From: Macrostomum lignano
Lineage: Eukaryota
Assembly: GCA_002269645.1 (NCBI GenBank)
Contig: NIVC01000493.1
Span: 248,001-312,000, forward strand
DNA length: 64,000 nt
Direction: 5' to 3'
Below, one piece after another: positions 51,960 to 63,680 of this stretch. Position 1 is the stretch's first letter. Every line of letters starts with the position of its first letter. Made by a program: the position numbers and the translations under genes. A model generated the notes under the pieces. The model had not been told where the DNA came from. It saw nothing but the letters and a program-made list of their open reading frames with translations, and did not search any database.

Positions 51960-52255
51960 CATCGAGTGACAATGGACAGACAATGCAATGACAAATCTGG
52001 TGACAATGGAGTGACAATAGAGTAAAAATCAGACAATTGAGTGACAATGGAGTGAAAATGCAGACAATTGAGTGACAATGGAGTAGAAGTTCAGACAATT
52101 GAGTGACAATGGAGTGAAAATGCAGACAATTGAGTGACAATGGAGTAGAAGTTCAGACAATTGAGTGACAATGGAGTGAAAATGCAGACAATTGAATGAC
52201 AATGGAGTGAAAATGAAGACAATTAAGTCACAATGAAGGGAAAATGCAGACGATT
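51960..52255. repeat. ~31-bp minisatellite (GACAATTGAGTGACAATGGAGTGAAAATGCA)n
   Basis: Direct reading. Confidence 0.88.
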
Positions 52256-52374
52256 GATTAAAAATCAGCCTTTAACGGTGCTAAGGAGTACTAAGAGGGT
52301 TTTATTCACTTGTTATTTCTACTGTTGCTACGGGAACAACCTAAATAAAAACAACATCACTCCGCCATCTAAAG

Positions 52375-52513
52375 TCTGAGACAGACGCGGCTGAAGACGC
52401 CATCCCGCTGAGGGACCTGGAAGAACCCGCCGATGGCGGCGGCTCCGCTCAGCTGCACCTCACAGCTGCTGACCATCCGGAAACTGACGGATTCGAGACT
52501 GAAAGGCGCATTG
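52375..52513 (+). CDS. ANO7: Anoctamin (TMEM16, ANO7-like), first identified exon
   Basis: Acceptor CTAAAG, donor ATTG|GTAAAT (phase 1). Ends FETERRI, which joins DYVLVWEE to form the anoctamin RRIDYVLV motif. Confidence 0.65.
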
Positions 52514-52517
52514 GTAA

Positions 52518-53460
52518 ATGAGGATTCTGATCCTCATTCTCCCTCAGCTGCATCCCAGCTGACAGATGAGGATTCTGATCCCCATTCTCCCCCAGCTGCA
52601 TCCCAGCTGACAGATGAGAATTCTGATCCCCATTCTCCCCCAGCTACATCCCAGCTGACAGATGAGGATTCTGATCCCCATTCTCCCCCAGCTGCATCCC
52701 AGCTGACAGATGAGGATTCTGATCCCCATTCTCCCCCAGCTGCATCCCAGCTGACAGATGAGGATTCTGATCCCCATTCTCCCCCAGCTGTATCCCAGCT
52801 GACAGATGAGGATTCTGATCCTCATTCTCCCTCAGCTGCATCCCAGCTGACAGATGAGGATTCTGATCCCCATTCTCCCCCAGCTGCATCCCAGCTGACA
52901 GATGAGAATTCTGATCCCCATTCTCCCCCAGCTGCATCCCAGCTGACAGATGAGGATTCTGATCCCCATTCTCCCCCAGCTGCATCCCAGCTGACAGATG
53001 AGAATTCTGATCCCCATTCTCCCCCAGCTGCATCCCAGCTGACAGATGAGGATTCTGATCCCCATTCTCCCTCAGCTGCATCCCAGCTGACAGATGAGGA
53101 TTCTGATCCCATTCTCCCCCAGCTGCATCCCAGCTGACAGATGAAGATTCTGATCCCCATTCTCCCCCAGCTGCATCCCAGCTGACAGATGAGGATTCTG
53201 ATCCCCATTCTCCCCCAGCTGCATCCCAGCTGACAGATGAGGATTCTGATCCCCATTCTCCCCCAGCTGCATCCCAGCTGACAGATGAAGATTCTGATCC
53301 CCATTCTCCCCCAGCTGCATCCCAGCTGACAGATGAGGATTCTGATCCCCATTCTCCCCCAGCTGTATCCCAGCTGACAGATGAGGATTCTGATCCCCAT
53401 TCTCCCCCAGCTGTATCCCAGCTGACAGATGACGATTCTGATCCCCATTCTCCGCCTCAG
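52518..53460. repeat. 48-bp minisatellite (ATGAGGATTCTGATCCCCATTCTCCCCCAGCTGCATCCCAGCTGACAG)n spanning essentially a whole anoctamin intron
   Basis: Direct reading; about 19-20 units running from the donor to the acceptor. Confidence 0.95.
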
Positions 53461-53594
53461 ACTACGTGCTGGTGTGGGAAGAGGATTTGATCCCCACTGG
53501 AGGCGACGCGGCGGCAGCGGAGGCGGCCAAGCGGGCGATGTGCCGTCGAAGGTTCGAGTCCAATCTGCGCCGAGCTGGGGTGGAAATTGAGGAA
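53461..53594 (+). CDS. ANO7: Anoctamin (ANO7-like) exon
   Basis: DYVLVWEED..RRRFESNLRRAGVEIEE; CAG acceptor, GTGAGT donor; phases consistent. Confidence 0.85.
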
Positions 53595-53864
53595 GTGAGT
53601 CCGGCGCTTGCCCAGCAACTGCATTCGAACTGAATCTGTGTGACCCCGAGTGATTGTTTGCTAATCCTTCTTTGGGATTAGCACTGGAGCACGCGATGCG
53701 AATGGGTGTCTCGTATTTCAATGAGTCGGCTTAGCTTAGGAGAACAAATATCCTGGCTAGGCATTATTAGCATTGCTGATTGTTCCTCTAGTACGTCGTA
53801 TTTAGTACAAAGTATATTGTGTACTTTATATTTAAGAGCGTGCGAGCCATTTACAATTTAGTTA

Positions 53865-54940
53865 ATATTTAGATAATTAGTCTATGACTCAAGCTAGATC
53901 ACAAGATAATTAGTCTATGGCCCAAGCTAGATCCCAAGATAATTAGTCTATGACTCAAGCTAGATCACAAGATAATTAGTTTATGACCCAAGCCAGATCA
54001 TAAGATAATTAGTTTATGACTCAAGCTAGATCACAAGATAATTAGTCTATGACTCAAGCTAGATCACAAGATAAGTAGTCTATGACTCAAGCTAGATCAC
54101 AAGATAATTAGTCTATGACTCAAGCTAGATCACAAGATAAGTAGTATATGACTCAAGCTAGATCACAAGATAATTAGTTTATGACCCAAGCCAGATCATA
54201 AGATAATTAGTTTATGACTCAAGCTAGATCACAAGATAAGTAGTCTATGACTCAAGCTAGATCACAAGATAAGTAGTTTATGACCCAAACCAGATCATAA
54301 GATAATTAATTTATGACTCAAGCTAGATCACAAGATAATTAATTGGTCTATGACTCAAGCAAGATCACAAGATAATTAGTTTATGACCCAAGCCAGATCA
54401 TAAGATAAGTAGTCTATGACTCAAGCTAGATCACAAGATAATTAATTGGTCTATGACTTAAGCTAGATCACCAGATAATTAGTCTGACTCAAGCTAGATC
54501 ACAATAATAAGATAATTAGTCGATGGTTTAAGCCAGATCACAAGAAAACTAGTTTATGGCCCAAGCCAGATCATAAGATAATTAGTTTATGACTCAAGCT
54601 AGATCACAAGATAAGTAGTCTATGACTCAAGCTAGATCACAAGATAAGTAGTTTATGACCCAAACCAGATCATAAGATAATTAATTTATGACTCAAGCTA
54701 GATCACAAGATAATTAATTGGTCTATGACTCAAGCAAGATCACAAGATAATTAGTTTATGACCCAAGCCAGATCATAAGATAAGTAGTCTATGACTCAAG
54801 CTAGATCACAAGATAATTAATTGGTCTATGACTTAAGCTAGATCACCAGATAATTAGTCTGACTCAAGCTAGATCACAATAATAAGATAATTAGTCGATG
54901 GTTTAAGCCAGATCACAAGAAAACTAGTTTATGGCCCAAG
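53865..54940. repeat. 33-bp intronic minisatellite (GATAATTAGTCTATGACTCAAGCTAGATCACAA)n
   Basis: Direct reading; includes a ~375-bp block duplication. Confidence 0.92.
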
Positions 54941-55087
54941 GTAGCCACGATTACAAGCATTAGCGAAATTGCTATTATCTCCTTGGGTGTTCCGGGAAAG
55001 AAAATGTCTATTTTTTCGATGCAAGTGCTCGTTGTTGTGCCTACCTGAACCAGTATTTGCTCATCTCTTTCCAAATCCACCTCCTAG

Positions 55088-55195
55088 GAGACCAGCACCA
55101 GTGAGAAAAAGCGGATGCACTTTTTAAAACTATTTCTCCCGTGGGATGTGATGTGCTACTACGCCGAGGATCTGTGCCTGAGAGCTCCCCTTCAG
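55088..55195 (+). CDS. ANO7: Anoctamin (ANO7-like) exon
   Basis: ETSTSEKKRMHFLKLFLPWDVMCYYAEDLCLRAPLQ; 108 nt, phases 0/0, donor GTAAGC. Confidence 0.88.
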
Positions 55196-56149
55196 GTAAG
55201 CTTTGCACCGTTGTCTAGTGTCAATTTTTGGGGTGTAGCGCAGGGAAAACTATTTGTTGATTAGGTAAGTCTTGCAAGCTGGGCTCCCAAACCCGAACCT
55301 CCCCAAGTTCAAATACGCTGCCAATCCATTCAACCTTTCAGCTACTGAACAATGTGAGAGCAAGCGCGCTTCAATCTCTGTGTCAATTTACTGATTGAGT
55401 TCACTTGCCAGACAAACTTTTATTCCTGAGTTGCTATGGTTAAATAGAATTTCTTATTAATGAAAAAGCCAATTGCAAATCGTTATTTTACGAGCTATGC
55501 TCCTTCTTTGCTTCACAAACATTTATCGCGGCAAAATTTACTATTTACTGAATTCATCACGCAGAAAAGCTTACCATCAATTAAGGGTGTTAAAATGTAC
55601 ATACGGTTAGACAATGTACTTTTGGGTAGAGTTTGAAAGCCGACGAATTCGCGAGGGGTTGAATGTACACACGGCTAGGCAATGTACACTTAACAAGGGC
55701 TTCAGACATACAGATAAAAACTAACCCAGACTATTTTATGCTACAGGAAATGTACTTTAAAAAGAGTAGTGAATCGATTTCAATCGAATTATCAAAAAAC
55801 CACTTAACCAATAAGACTAACCGCCAACGAAACAACCAGAATCCATGCACAAAGTACAAGGCCTCCATACACGACGTATTTATACCTTTTCTAATCTAAT
55901 GCACAAATATATGCATCCTTATGGTATTTTTTGTTAACTATATTGAATTGAATTCATCTCAATGTTTCATTATCTTCAACGATTCGCTTTGAGTGGACAC
56001 ATTACCATCGGCACAGTTTCATATCGCACCAGTTTTTTTATCAGAACACCTGAAGCGCTTTCGACCGATAAATAATTTAAGCTCTATGCTTCTTTCTCCA
56101 AATAATAAAATAACGATTGAGCCCTAATTAAAGTTCCTACGCTTTTCAG

Positions 56150-56286
56150 GCCAGGCACAATCCGACAGAGAATTGGTCCGGTCAGGTTCTTCGTCATCTG
56201 CGCATACCGAACGTCATGGACCAGGTGGTGCCAAACCAGCCGCCCGATTATTACACCTGCCCGTTTAGAAAGTCCAAGCTGAACAA
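56150..56286 (+). CDS. ANO7: Anoctamin (ANO7-like) exon
   Basis: ENWSGQVLRHLRIPNVMDQVVPNQPPDYYTCPFRKSKL resembles ANO7 (NWSAGLL..IPNVL..VP..PPEYYSC.FR); donor GTGAGT. Confidence 0.88.
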
Positions 56287-56329
56287 GTGAGTGCCGTCAG
56301 TTTTTATCATTAATTTAGAACTGGCCTTG

Positions 56330-57135
56330 GGAATTAAGAATAGGCTACCTGGAGGAATTTAGAATTGGCTAGTACCAGGGGGGGGGGGTTAAAATAAACT
56401 GCAAGTGGGAATTTAGAATGAGTATAGCTGGGTAATTTCGAATAGGCTACCTGGGTAATTTAGAATGAGCATACCTGGGGGAATTTCGAATAGGCTACCT
56501 GGGGGATTTAGAATAGGATACCAGGGGATTTAGAATAGGCAACCTGGAGAATTTTGAATAGGCTACCTGGAGAATTTAGAATAGGCTACCTGGGGGATTT
56601 AGAATAGGCTACCTGGGGGATTTAGAATAGGCTACCTGGGGAGTTAGAATAAGCTACCTCGGGAATGTAGAATAAGCTACCTCGGGAATGTAGAATAAGC
56701 TACCTCGGGAATGTAGAATAAGCTACCTCGGGAATGTAGAATAAGCTACCTCGGGAATGTAGAATAAGCTACCTCGGGAATGTAGAATAAGCTACCTCGG
56801 GAATGTAGAATAAGCTACCTCGGGAATGTAGAATAAGCTACCTCGGGAATGTAGAATAAGCTACCTCGGGAATGTAGAATAAGCTACCTCGGGAATGTAG
56901 AATAAGCTACCTCGGGAATTTCGGACAGGCTACTTGGGGAATTTAGAATAGGCTATACCTACCTGTGGAATTTAGAATAAGCTACCTAGGGAATTTACAA
57001 CAGGCTACCTGGGGAATTTAGAATAGGCTACTTGGGTAATGGGAATGTGGAATACGCTACCTGGGGAATTTAAAATAGCCTACCTAGGAATTAAGAATGA
57101 TCTACTGGGGAATTTAGAACTATCTACTGCCTACT
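56330..57135. repeat. ~23-bp intronic minisatellite (CTACCTCGGGAATGTAGAATAAG)n with degenerate flanks
   Basis: Direct reading. Confidence 0.9.
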
Positions 57136-57621
57136 TAGGGATTTACCACTCCCCTCTGCCCCATCCCAATGTGCCAATCTTTCACAAAGTTTTAGTCACG
57201 CCAATATCTAACAGAACAGCCCTCAGCCCACTTCAAGCTCAAGAATGCACGGCTGAATGGCCAGAGTTCCAAGCTTTGACCAAAATATGCCCATGGGATG
57301 AGGAAGAAGTCTCTTTTAGACTCGGCTTCCCATTCTGCTTTTATCATTCTCATTTTCATCCTCGCCTGTGCATAGCGAATGAGGCTTGCTTCTCCCATCC
57401 GCCTCCCCCCAGCAACTAAGACAGTCTGCTTCGGGCTAGCACAGTACACAAGGTTTTCTAAATAAAGCCACAACTCTCACTCATTGAGTGCCCGTCGCCC
57501 AATGCTCAAAAGTGTCCGAACACGAATGCAAATACGAGTAAGGGAAGAATTCGATTTCAAATATCTCTGAGTAGATATGCTTGGGAAGGAATTGGCAAAA
57601 GCACATTCCCTTCCCCGCCAG

Positions 57622-57790
57622 ATTCTTGGGCAGCGAGAATCGAGACGCCTACTTCACCGCCACCCAGCGCCACCAAGTGGCCTACGAGATCCTGGCAACC
57701 AGGGCCTACGGGCTGCGGCGGAAGGCCGAGATTGGCATCGACCGGCTGCTGGAGGACGGCACCTACGCCGGAGCCTTTCCGCTGCACGAG
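57622..57790 (+). CDS. ANO7: Anoctamin (ANO7-like) exon
   Basis: FLGSENRDAYFTATQRHQVAYEIL..GIDRLLEDGTYAGAFPLHE; phases 2/0; weak donor GTTGCT. Confidence 0.9.
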
Positions 57791-57949
57791 GTTGCTAGGG
57801 GGAGGGGGGGGGCAGTTTCCTGCAACTCAACGAATGGGGAATCCCTCAGCAAATAGATAAACAGTATTGGAGAGTTACACAATGACTGGATTTGCGCCTA
57901 TAAAAATTCCACAGAATCTTCGGGCAACCCAATCGGAATTGTAAGGAAT

Positions 57950-58550
57950 ACTGAGGAATTGTGGGGAATCCCGATAAATTGTGGGGAATCCCGATAAATT
58001 GTGTGGAATCCCGAGGAATTGTGGGGAATCCCGATGAATTGTGTGGAATCCCAATAAATTGTGTGGAATCCCAATGAACTGTGTGGAATCCCAATAAATT
58101 GTGGGGAATCCCGATGAACTGTGTGGAATCCCAATAAATTGTGTGGAATCCCAATGAACTGTGTGGAATCCCATTGAATTGTGTGGAATCCCGATGAATT
58201 GTGTGGAATCCCAATGAACTGTGTGGAATCCCGATGAACTGTGTGGAATCCCAATGAACTGTGTGGAATCCCGATGAATTGTGTGGAATCCCAATGAACT
58301 GTGTGGAATCCCGATGAATTGTGAGGAATCCCAATGAACTGTGTGGAATCCCAATGAACTGTGTGGAATCCCAATGAACTGTGTGGAATCCCAATGAACT
58401 GTGTGGAATCCCGATGAATTTTGTGGAATCCTAATGAATTGTGAGGAATCCCAATGAATTGTGTGGAATCCCGATGAATTTTGTGGAATCCCAATGAATT
58501 GTGAGGAATCCCAATGAACTATGGGGTATTCCAATGAGTTTTGGGGAATC
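57950..58550. repeat. 20-bp intronic minisatellite (GAATTGTGTGGAATCCCAAT)n
   Basis: Direct reading. Confidence 0.94.
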
Positions 58551-58726
58551 AAACGAATCCAGACTTGAATCGCTAGAATATTTGAAAATCCTGTATGAAT
58601 AAATGCTCTCAGCTAAGCAGTCGAACTTTTCAAATCAAAATTTTTCTCGATTTTCTAAGAACTCTCCCGAACGCTGTACTGAACTGCTGAATTCAACTGA
58701 ACTGCCTTAACTCCCATTTACAACAG

Positions 58727-58889
58727 GGTCCCTATGAGCTGCCGAAAACCTTTCAGCCTGAGCAATTAAATCCGCGACAGATACTCCATGCCTACTGGGC
58801 CGCCTGGGGCACGTGGTACAAGTACCAGCCCCTGGACCATATTCGAGAGTACTACGGGGAGAAGATCGGCTTGTACTTTGCTTGGCTCG
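58727..58889 (+). CDS. ANO7: Anoctamin (ANO7-like) exon
   Basis: [26 protein letters not shown], the anoctamin pre-TM1 signature. Confidence 0.93.
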
Positions 58890-58929
58890 GTACTGATTTT
58901 TTTCTGTCTTAGTGGCCTTAGTGTCTTAG

Positions 58930-59403
<474 letters not shown>

Positions 59404-59425
59404 CAGTACAATCCTCGCACCGCAG

Positions 59426-59516
59426 GCCTGTACACAGCGTGGCTCCTCCCAGCCAGCATAGTGGGAATTCTGGTGTTCCTCTACGGCTGCTTCACTTTCC
59501 AGAGCAATGTGCCCGC
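59426..59516 (+). CDS. ANO7: Anoctamin (ANO7-like) exon (TM1)
   Basis: LYTAWLLPASIVGILVFLYGC; phases 1/2. Confidence 0.92.
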
Positions 59517-59596
59517 GTGAGTTGGACTTCCTTATTCCATCGCACTTTGCATGCTTGAGTTCAGCCTGCAGGAAGTGCAGCTCCCTAATTTCACAG

Positions 59597-59763
59597 GAGG
59601 GAAGCGTGCGAGAGCGATCAGGCCTACAAAATGTGCCCGCTGTGCGACGAAACAATCGGCTGCAACTACTGGTACCTCAGCGACATTTGCGTCTACATAA
59701 AGATGTCCTACCTGTTTGACCACCCCGGCACCGTCTTCTACTCCGTGTTCATCGCCTTCTGGG
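59597..59763 (+). CDS. ANO7: Anoctamin (ANO7-like) exon
   Basis: MCPLCDETIGCNYWYLSDIC..YLFDHPGTVFYSVFIAFW; phases 2/1. Confidence 0.93.
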
Positions 59764-60114
59764 GTAAGGGATCGCTGGATAATCGTACTGGAGAAGATTT
59801 TTTGACAAATATCAGTTGATGACTATACATGTAGTTTTACTTCTACACTTGTTATCGCGATTTGTGTCAGCTAGTTTAATGTACCACAAAGCCACGAATT
59901 CTCAAATAAAGGCAAACTTCTTAACAGGAACAATAGCAAAAAAAGTTATCACTAAGGTCTTGAAAGCATACGCTTTCGGAGATTCGGAGAACTACTTAAA
60001 AATCAGTGCGCAAATCCAAGAGATTTGCTTAGCGTTCTTATCTCGCTACTCGTCAGTAGGCTCAATAATAGCTGCTTGCGTCAATTAACCACTCAACCCT
60101 GCACCCCTCTGTAG

Positions 60115-60335
60115 CCGTGACCTTTCTGGAGAATTGGAAACGAAAAAACGCTTCTCTTGCGCACCACTGGGACGTGATGGACTTTCAAGAGGACGAGGAG
60201 CGGCCAAGGCCCGAGTACTCGGCCCTGAGCCCGGTGTACCAACGGAATCCGGTCACAGGGAATTTGGAGCCGCATTTCCCTAACAGAAAGAGGATTCCTA
60301 GAATTGTGACTGGAGTCATGTGTATTATTATAATG
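60115..60335 (+). CDS. ANO7: Anoctamin (ANO7-like) exon
   Basis: VTFLENWKRKNASLAHHWD..RPRPEY..NPVTGNLEPHFP; phases 1/0. Confidence 0.93.
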
Positions 60336-60364
60336 GTGTGCACCTTATTTGCTGTGCTGCAGGG

Positions 60365-60812
60365 CCGATTCGGGTGGGTCAGGAGCGGATTCGGGTGGAT
60401 CAGCGGTGGATTCGGGTGGGTCAGGGGCGGATTCGGGTGGGTCAGGAGCGGATTCGGGTGGATCAGCGGTGGATTCGGGTGGGTCAGGGGCGGATTCGGG
60501 TGGGTCAGGGGCGGATTTGGGTGGGTCAAGGGCGGATTCGGGTGGGTCAGGGTCGGATTCAGGTGGATCAGGGGCGGATTCGGGTGGATCAGGGGCGGAT
60601 TCGGGTGGATCAGGGGCGGATTCGGGTGGGTCAGGGTCGGATTCAGGTGGATCAGGGGCGGATTCGGGTGGGTCAGGGGCGGATTCGGGTGGGTCAGGAG
60701 CGGATTCGGGTGGATCAGGGGTGGAATCGGGTGGGTCAGGGGCGGATTCGGGTGGGTCAGGGGCGGATTCGGGTGGGTCAGGGGCGAATTCGGGTGGGTC
60801 AGGGGCGTATTT
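60365..60812. repeat. 21-bp G-rich intronic minisatellite (GGATTCGGGTGGGTCAGGGGC)n
   Basis: Direct reading; about 21 units. Confidence 0.95.
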
Positions 60813-60915
60813 TGGTGATTAGGTTGGTTTTTGTACATTCAAAGACTCCAGGAAAGTAGGATGAGCTGGAAAACTTGAGAAGTTCTATCCACGCTCTTCC
60901 AAACTGCATCCTCAG

Positions 60916-61111
60916 ATGGTGCTGGTGGTGATTTTCATAATTGCCGTCATCATCTACCGAGTGCTGATAGCTATTCCGCTGTTCCAAAATCCGCTGCTCC
61001 GATCTCAAGCAACCACCGTGGCCAGCGGCTCTGCGGCCTGCGTCAATCTGGTCCTCATCATGAGCCTGGGCAAGGTGTACGAGAAGCTGGCCTATAAGCT
61101 CACTCAATGGG
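60916..61111 (+). CDS. ANO7: Anoctamin (ANO7-like) exon (TM3-TM4)
   Basis: MVLVVIFIIAVIIYR..VNLVLIMSLGKVYEKLAYKLTQW; phases 0/1. Confidence 0.92.
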
Positions 61112-61348
61112 GTCGGTTTGTTTCTTGCAGTTGAATATGCTTATCGGGAATAAACTTTACGCCTTGACAAACATTTCTTTTGAGGAATCCAAGCGTCCTG
61201 GACTTGAGTTCGAACTCAACCGGGTGTTTCGTTTATTGTCAGAAATCGTGACGCTGACCCAAGTTCTTAGCTTTTGTGTTAGGACCCAACAAAACTTTCA
61301 TTGTCTTTACATTACCTATCGTTAAACTCGCTTGAAAAAAACTTTCAG

Positions 61349-61460
61349 AAATGCACCGGACACAGACAGACTTTGAGAATCAACTAATTCTTAAAGTTTT
61401 CATCTTTCAATTCGTCAATTTCTACTCCTCAATTCTGTACATCGCCTTCTTCAAGGGCAA
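61349..61460 (+). CDS. ANO7: Anoctamin (ANO7-like) exon (TM5)
   Basis: [38 protein letters not shown]; phases 1/2. Confidence 0.94.
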
Positions 61461-61543
61461 GTAAGTTCAAGTCCTCGCTAGCAATATGAAAGTATCAGCA
61501 AGTTTTTGTTTTATTTTGTAGATAAGCCGCTGTAAATTTCCAG

Positions 61544-61696
61544 ATTCACCGGCTATCCAGGACGGTACGGAATGTTTTTCGGACTCCGCAACGAGGAGTG
61601 CAGCAGCGGTGGCTGTCTGATCGAGCTCGCCCAGCAGCTGGCCGTCATCATGGTTGGCAAGCAGATTATCAATAACTGTCAGGAAGTCTTTGTTCC
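61544..61696 (+). CDS. ANO7: Anoctamin (ANO7-like) exon (TM6)
   Basis: FTGYPGRY..EECSSGGCLIELAQQLAVIMVGKQIINNCQEVFVP; phases 2/2. Confidence 0.94.
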
Positions 61697-61997
61697 GTAA
61701 GTTTCGGTATCGAAGTATATCGTTCTCTTGTCAGTTATTTGCTCCTTTCTTCAAAGAGGAACCACGGAAATCTGAATCTAGTCGTGGGAACAATAATAGT
61801 TTGAAGGGCCAACCACAGTGACACTATACCAATCAGGGTCGCGGTACAGTAAATGCATTTTCTGTAAGCATTCTATGCATCAATGGAATTGGCAGAGTTG
61901 CCTCGCACTGGATAAAGACTTGTATGCGGATAATCGTGCTTAGCTACACGCGAGTTGCTAGACTAACCAAAAACAATTCTAAATACGCATCATCCAG

Positions 61998-62340
61998 GAA
62001 GCTGCTAACCTGGATGCATCGCTTCTCAAAAGGCATCAGCTGGGCTAGACGAGACGAACGCCCGATGACCCGTTGCGAAGCGGACTACCAGCTGATCCCG
62101 TACGAGGGCCTGTTCGAGGAGTACCTGGAGATGGTGCTGCAGTTCGGCTTCATCACCATCTTTGTGGCCGCGTTCCCGCTGGCCCCGTTCTTCGCTCTGC
62201 TGAACAACTGGCTGGAAATTCGACTGGACGCCAGCAAGCTGGTCTGCGAGACGCGTAGGCCGGTGTCTGAGAGGGCGCAGGACATCGGGGTCTGGTTCAT
62301 CTTGCTGGACGTCATTGTGCAACTGTCGGTTATCTCTAAT
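61998..62340 (+). CDS. ANO7: Anoctamin (ANO7-like) exon (TM7-TM9, Ca2+-binding site)
   Basis: LFEEYLEMVLQFGFITIFVAAFPLAPFFALLNNWLEIRLDASK..RRPVSERAQDIGVW; canonical acidic Ca2+ ligands present. Confidence 0.96.
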
Positions 62341-62656
62341 GTAAGAGCTGTATATGAATTACATGTTGATCACTTTGCGCAGTGGCGATTTTCTAGGATC
62401 ATCATCAAGTCGCCTTCCCAAGTGCTCATTATTAAGTGAAGTTTATCAGTGACCATATTCGAATGAGCGTTAATAAAGTGACCGTCTTAATTCGCGACAC
62501 AAACGAAGACAATCCTCAACTATGATTCCTCATTTTTTTCTATTGAAAGTAAACTTACAACTTCTCCAGAACTAGCTAAATGATTCACCGCGTTCTCTAT
62601 AATAATCATAATGATGCTGATACTCCATACCTCCCACTTTTCCCGCTTCCTCAAAG

Positions 62657-62881
62657 GCATTCCTGATCGCCTTCACGTCCGAGTTTCTGCCCAGGCAGCT
62701 CTACATGTATCAGTACGACAGCCAGCTGCGAGGCTATACAAACTTCTCCTTGGCGTGGTCGCCAAGCAACACTACGGCGCAGCCGTGTCGCTACAAAGCG
62801 TTCCGCGATGCTGACGGAAGTCACAGTGTCTTCTATTGGAAACTGCTGGCTGTGCGGCTGGCATTCGTCATCGCTTTCGAG
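62657..62881 (+). CDS. ANO7: Anoctamin (ANO7-like) exon
   Basis: AFLIAFTSEFLPR..GYTNFSL..CRYKAFRD..FYWKLLAVRLAFVIAFE; 225 nt, phases 0/0. Confidence 0.94.
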
Positions 62882-62932
62882 GTTGGTAAAAAATGATAGC
62901 TAGAACCAGAGAATATCTAGCTGAATATTTAG

Positions 62933-63411
62933 CTGGCGCCCCTTGGTGCTGGCGCCCCTTGGTGCTGGCGCCTCTTGGTGCTGGCGCCCCTTGGTGCTGG
63001 CGCCCCTTGGTGCTGGCGCCCCTTGGTGCTGGCGCCCCTTGGTGCTGGCGCCCCTTGGTGCTGGCGCCCCTTGGTGCTGGCGCCCCTTGGTGCTGGCGCC
63101 CCTTGGTGCTGGCGCCCCTTGGTGCTGGCGCCCCTTGGTGCTGGCGCCCCTTGGTGCTGGCGCCCCTTGGTGCTGGCGCCCCTTGGTGCTGGCGCCCCTT
63201 GGTGCTGGCGCCCCTTGGTGCTGGCGCCCCTTGGTGCTGGCGCCCCTTGGTGCTGGCGCCCCTTGGTGCTGGCGCCCCTTGGTGCTGGCGCCCCTTGGTG
63301 CTGGCGCCCCTTGGTGCTGGCGCCCCTTGGTGCTGGCGCCCCTTGGTGCTGGCGCCCCTTGGTGCTGGCGCCCCTTGGTGCTGGCGCCCCTTGGTGCTGG
63401 CGCCCCTTGGT
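62933..63411. repeat. 16-bp intronic minisatellite (CTGGCGCCCCTTGGTG)n, about 30 almost identical units
   Basis: Direct reading; one visible variant unit near 62972. Confidence 0.97.
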
Positions 63412-63479
63412 TGAAATTTCATAACTTCTAAATGAATTTTCAGTTCTACATGTATCCCTGCTCAATATTCCATCCTTAG

Positions 63480-63680
63480 CACGTGGTTTTCTTCATCAGC
63501 CGGATGCTCGACATTCTCATCCCGGACGTGCCGCAATCGCTGCAGCTGAAGATCAAGCGAGAACAATACCTGGCTAAGCAGGCTCTGCAGGACGCCGAGA
63601 TTGCGATGGGCCGTGCCCGTCAGCGAATCGGCAGTGGCGTTCAGCAGACAGGCGACGACGCGGTCGACGATAGCGCCTGA
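63480..63680 (+). CDS. ANO7: Anoctamin (ANO7-like) final exon
   Basis: HVVFFISRMLDILIPDVPQSLQLKIKREQYLAKQAL..*; acceptor CCTTAG. The 15 identified exons total 2559 nt in one frame (852 aa plus stop). Confidence 0.93.
   Translation, partial: HVVFFISRMLDILIPDVPQSLQLKIKREQYLAKQALQDAEIAMGRARQRIGSGVQQTGDDAVDDSA

Noticed and set aside
52433-53137. 234-aa DEDSDPHSPPAASQLT repeat protein
   Set aside because: It overlaps an anoctamin exon out of frame and lies in the intron required for the RRIDYVLV motif; treated as a splice-site array instead.
60349-60859. Gly-rich GGSGADS / GGFGWVR ORFs
   Set aside because: Intronic 21-bp repeat between two homology-fixed anoctamin exons.
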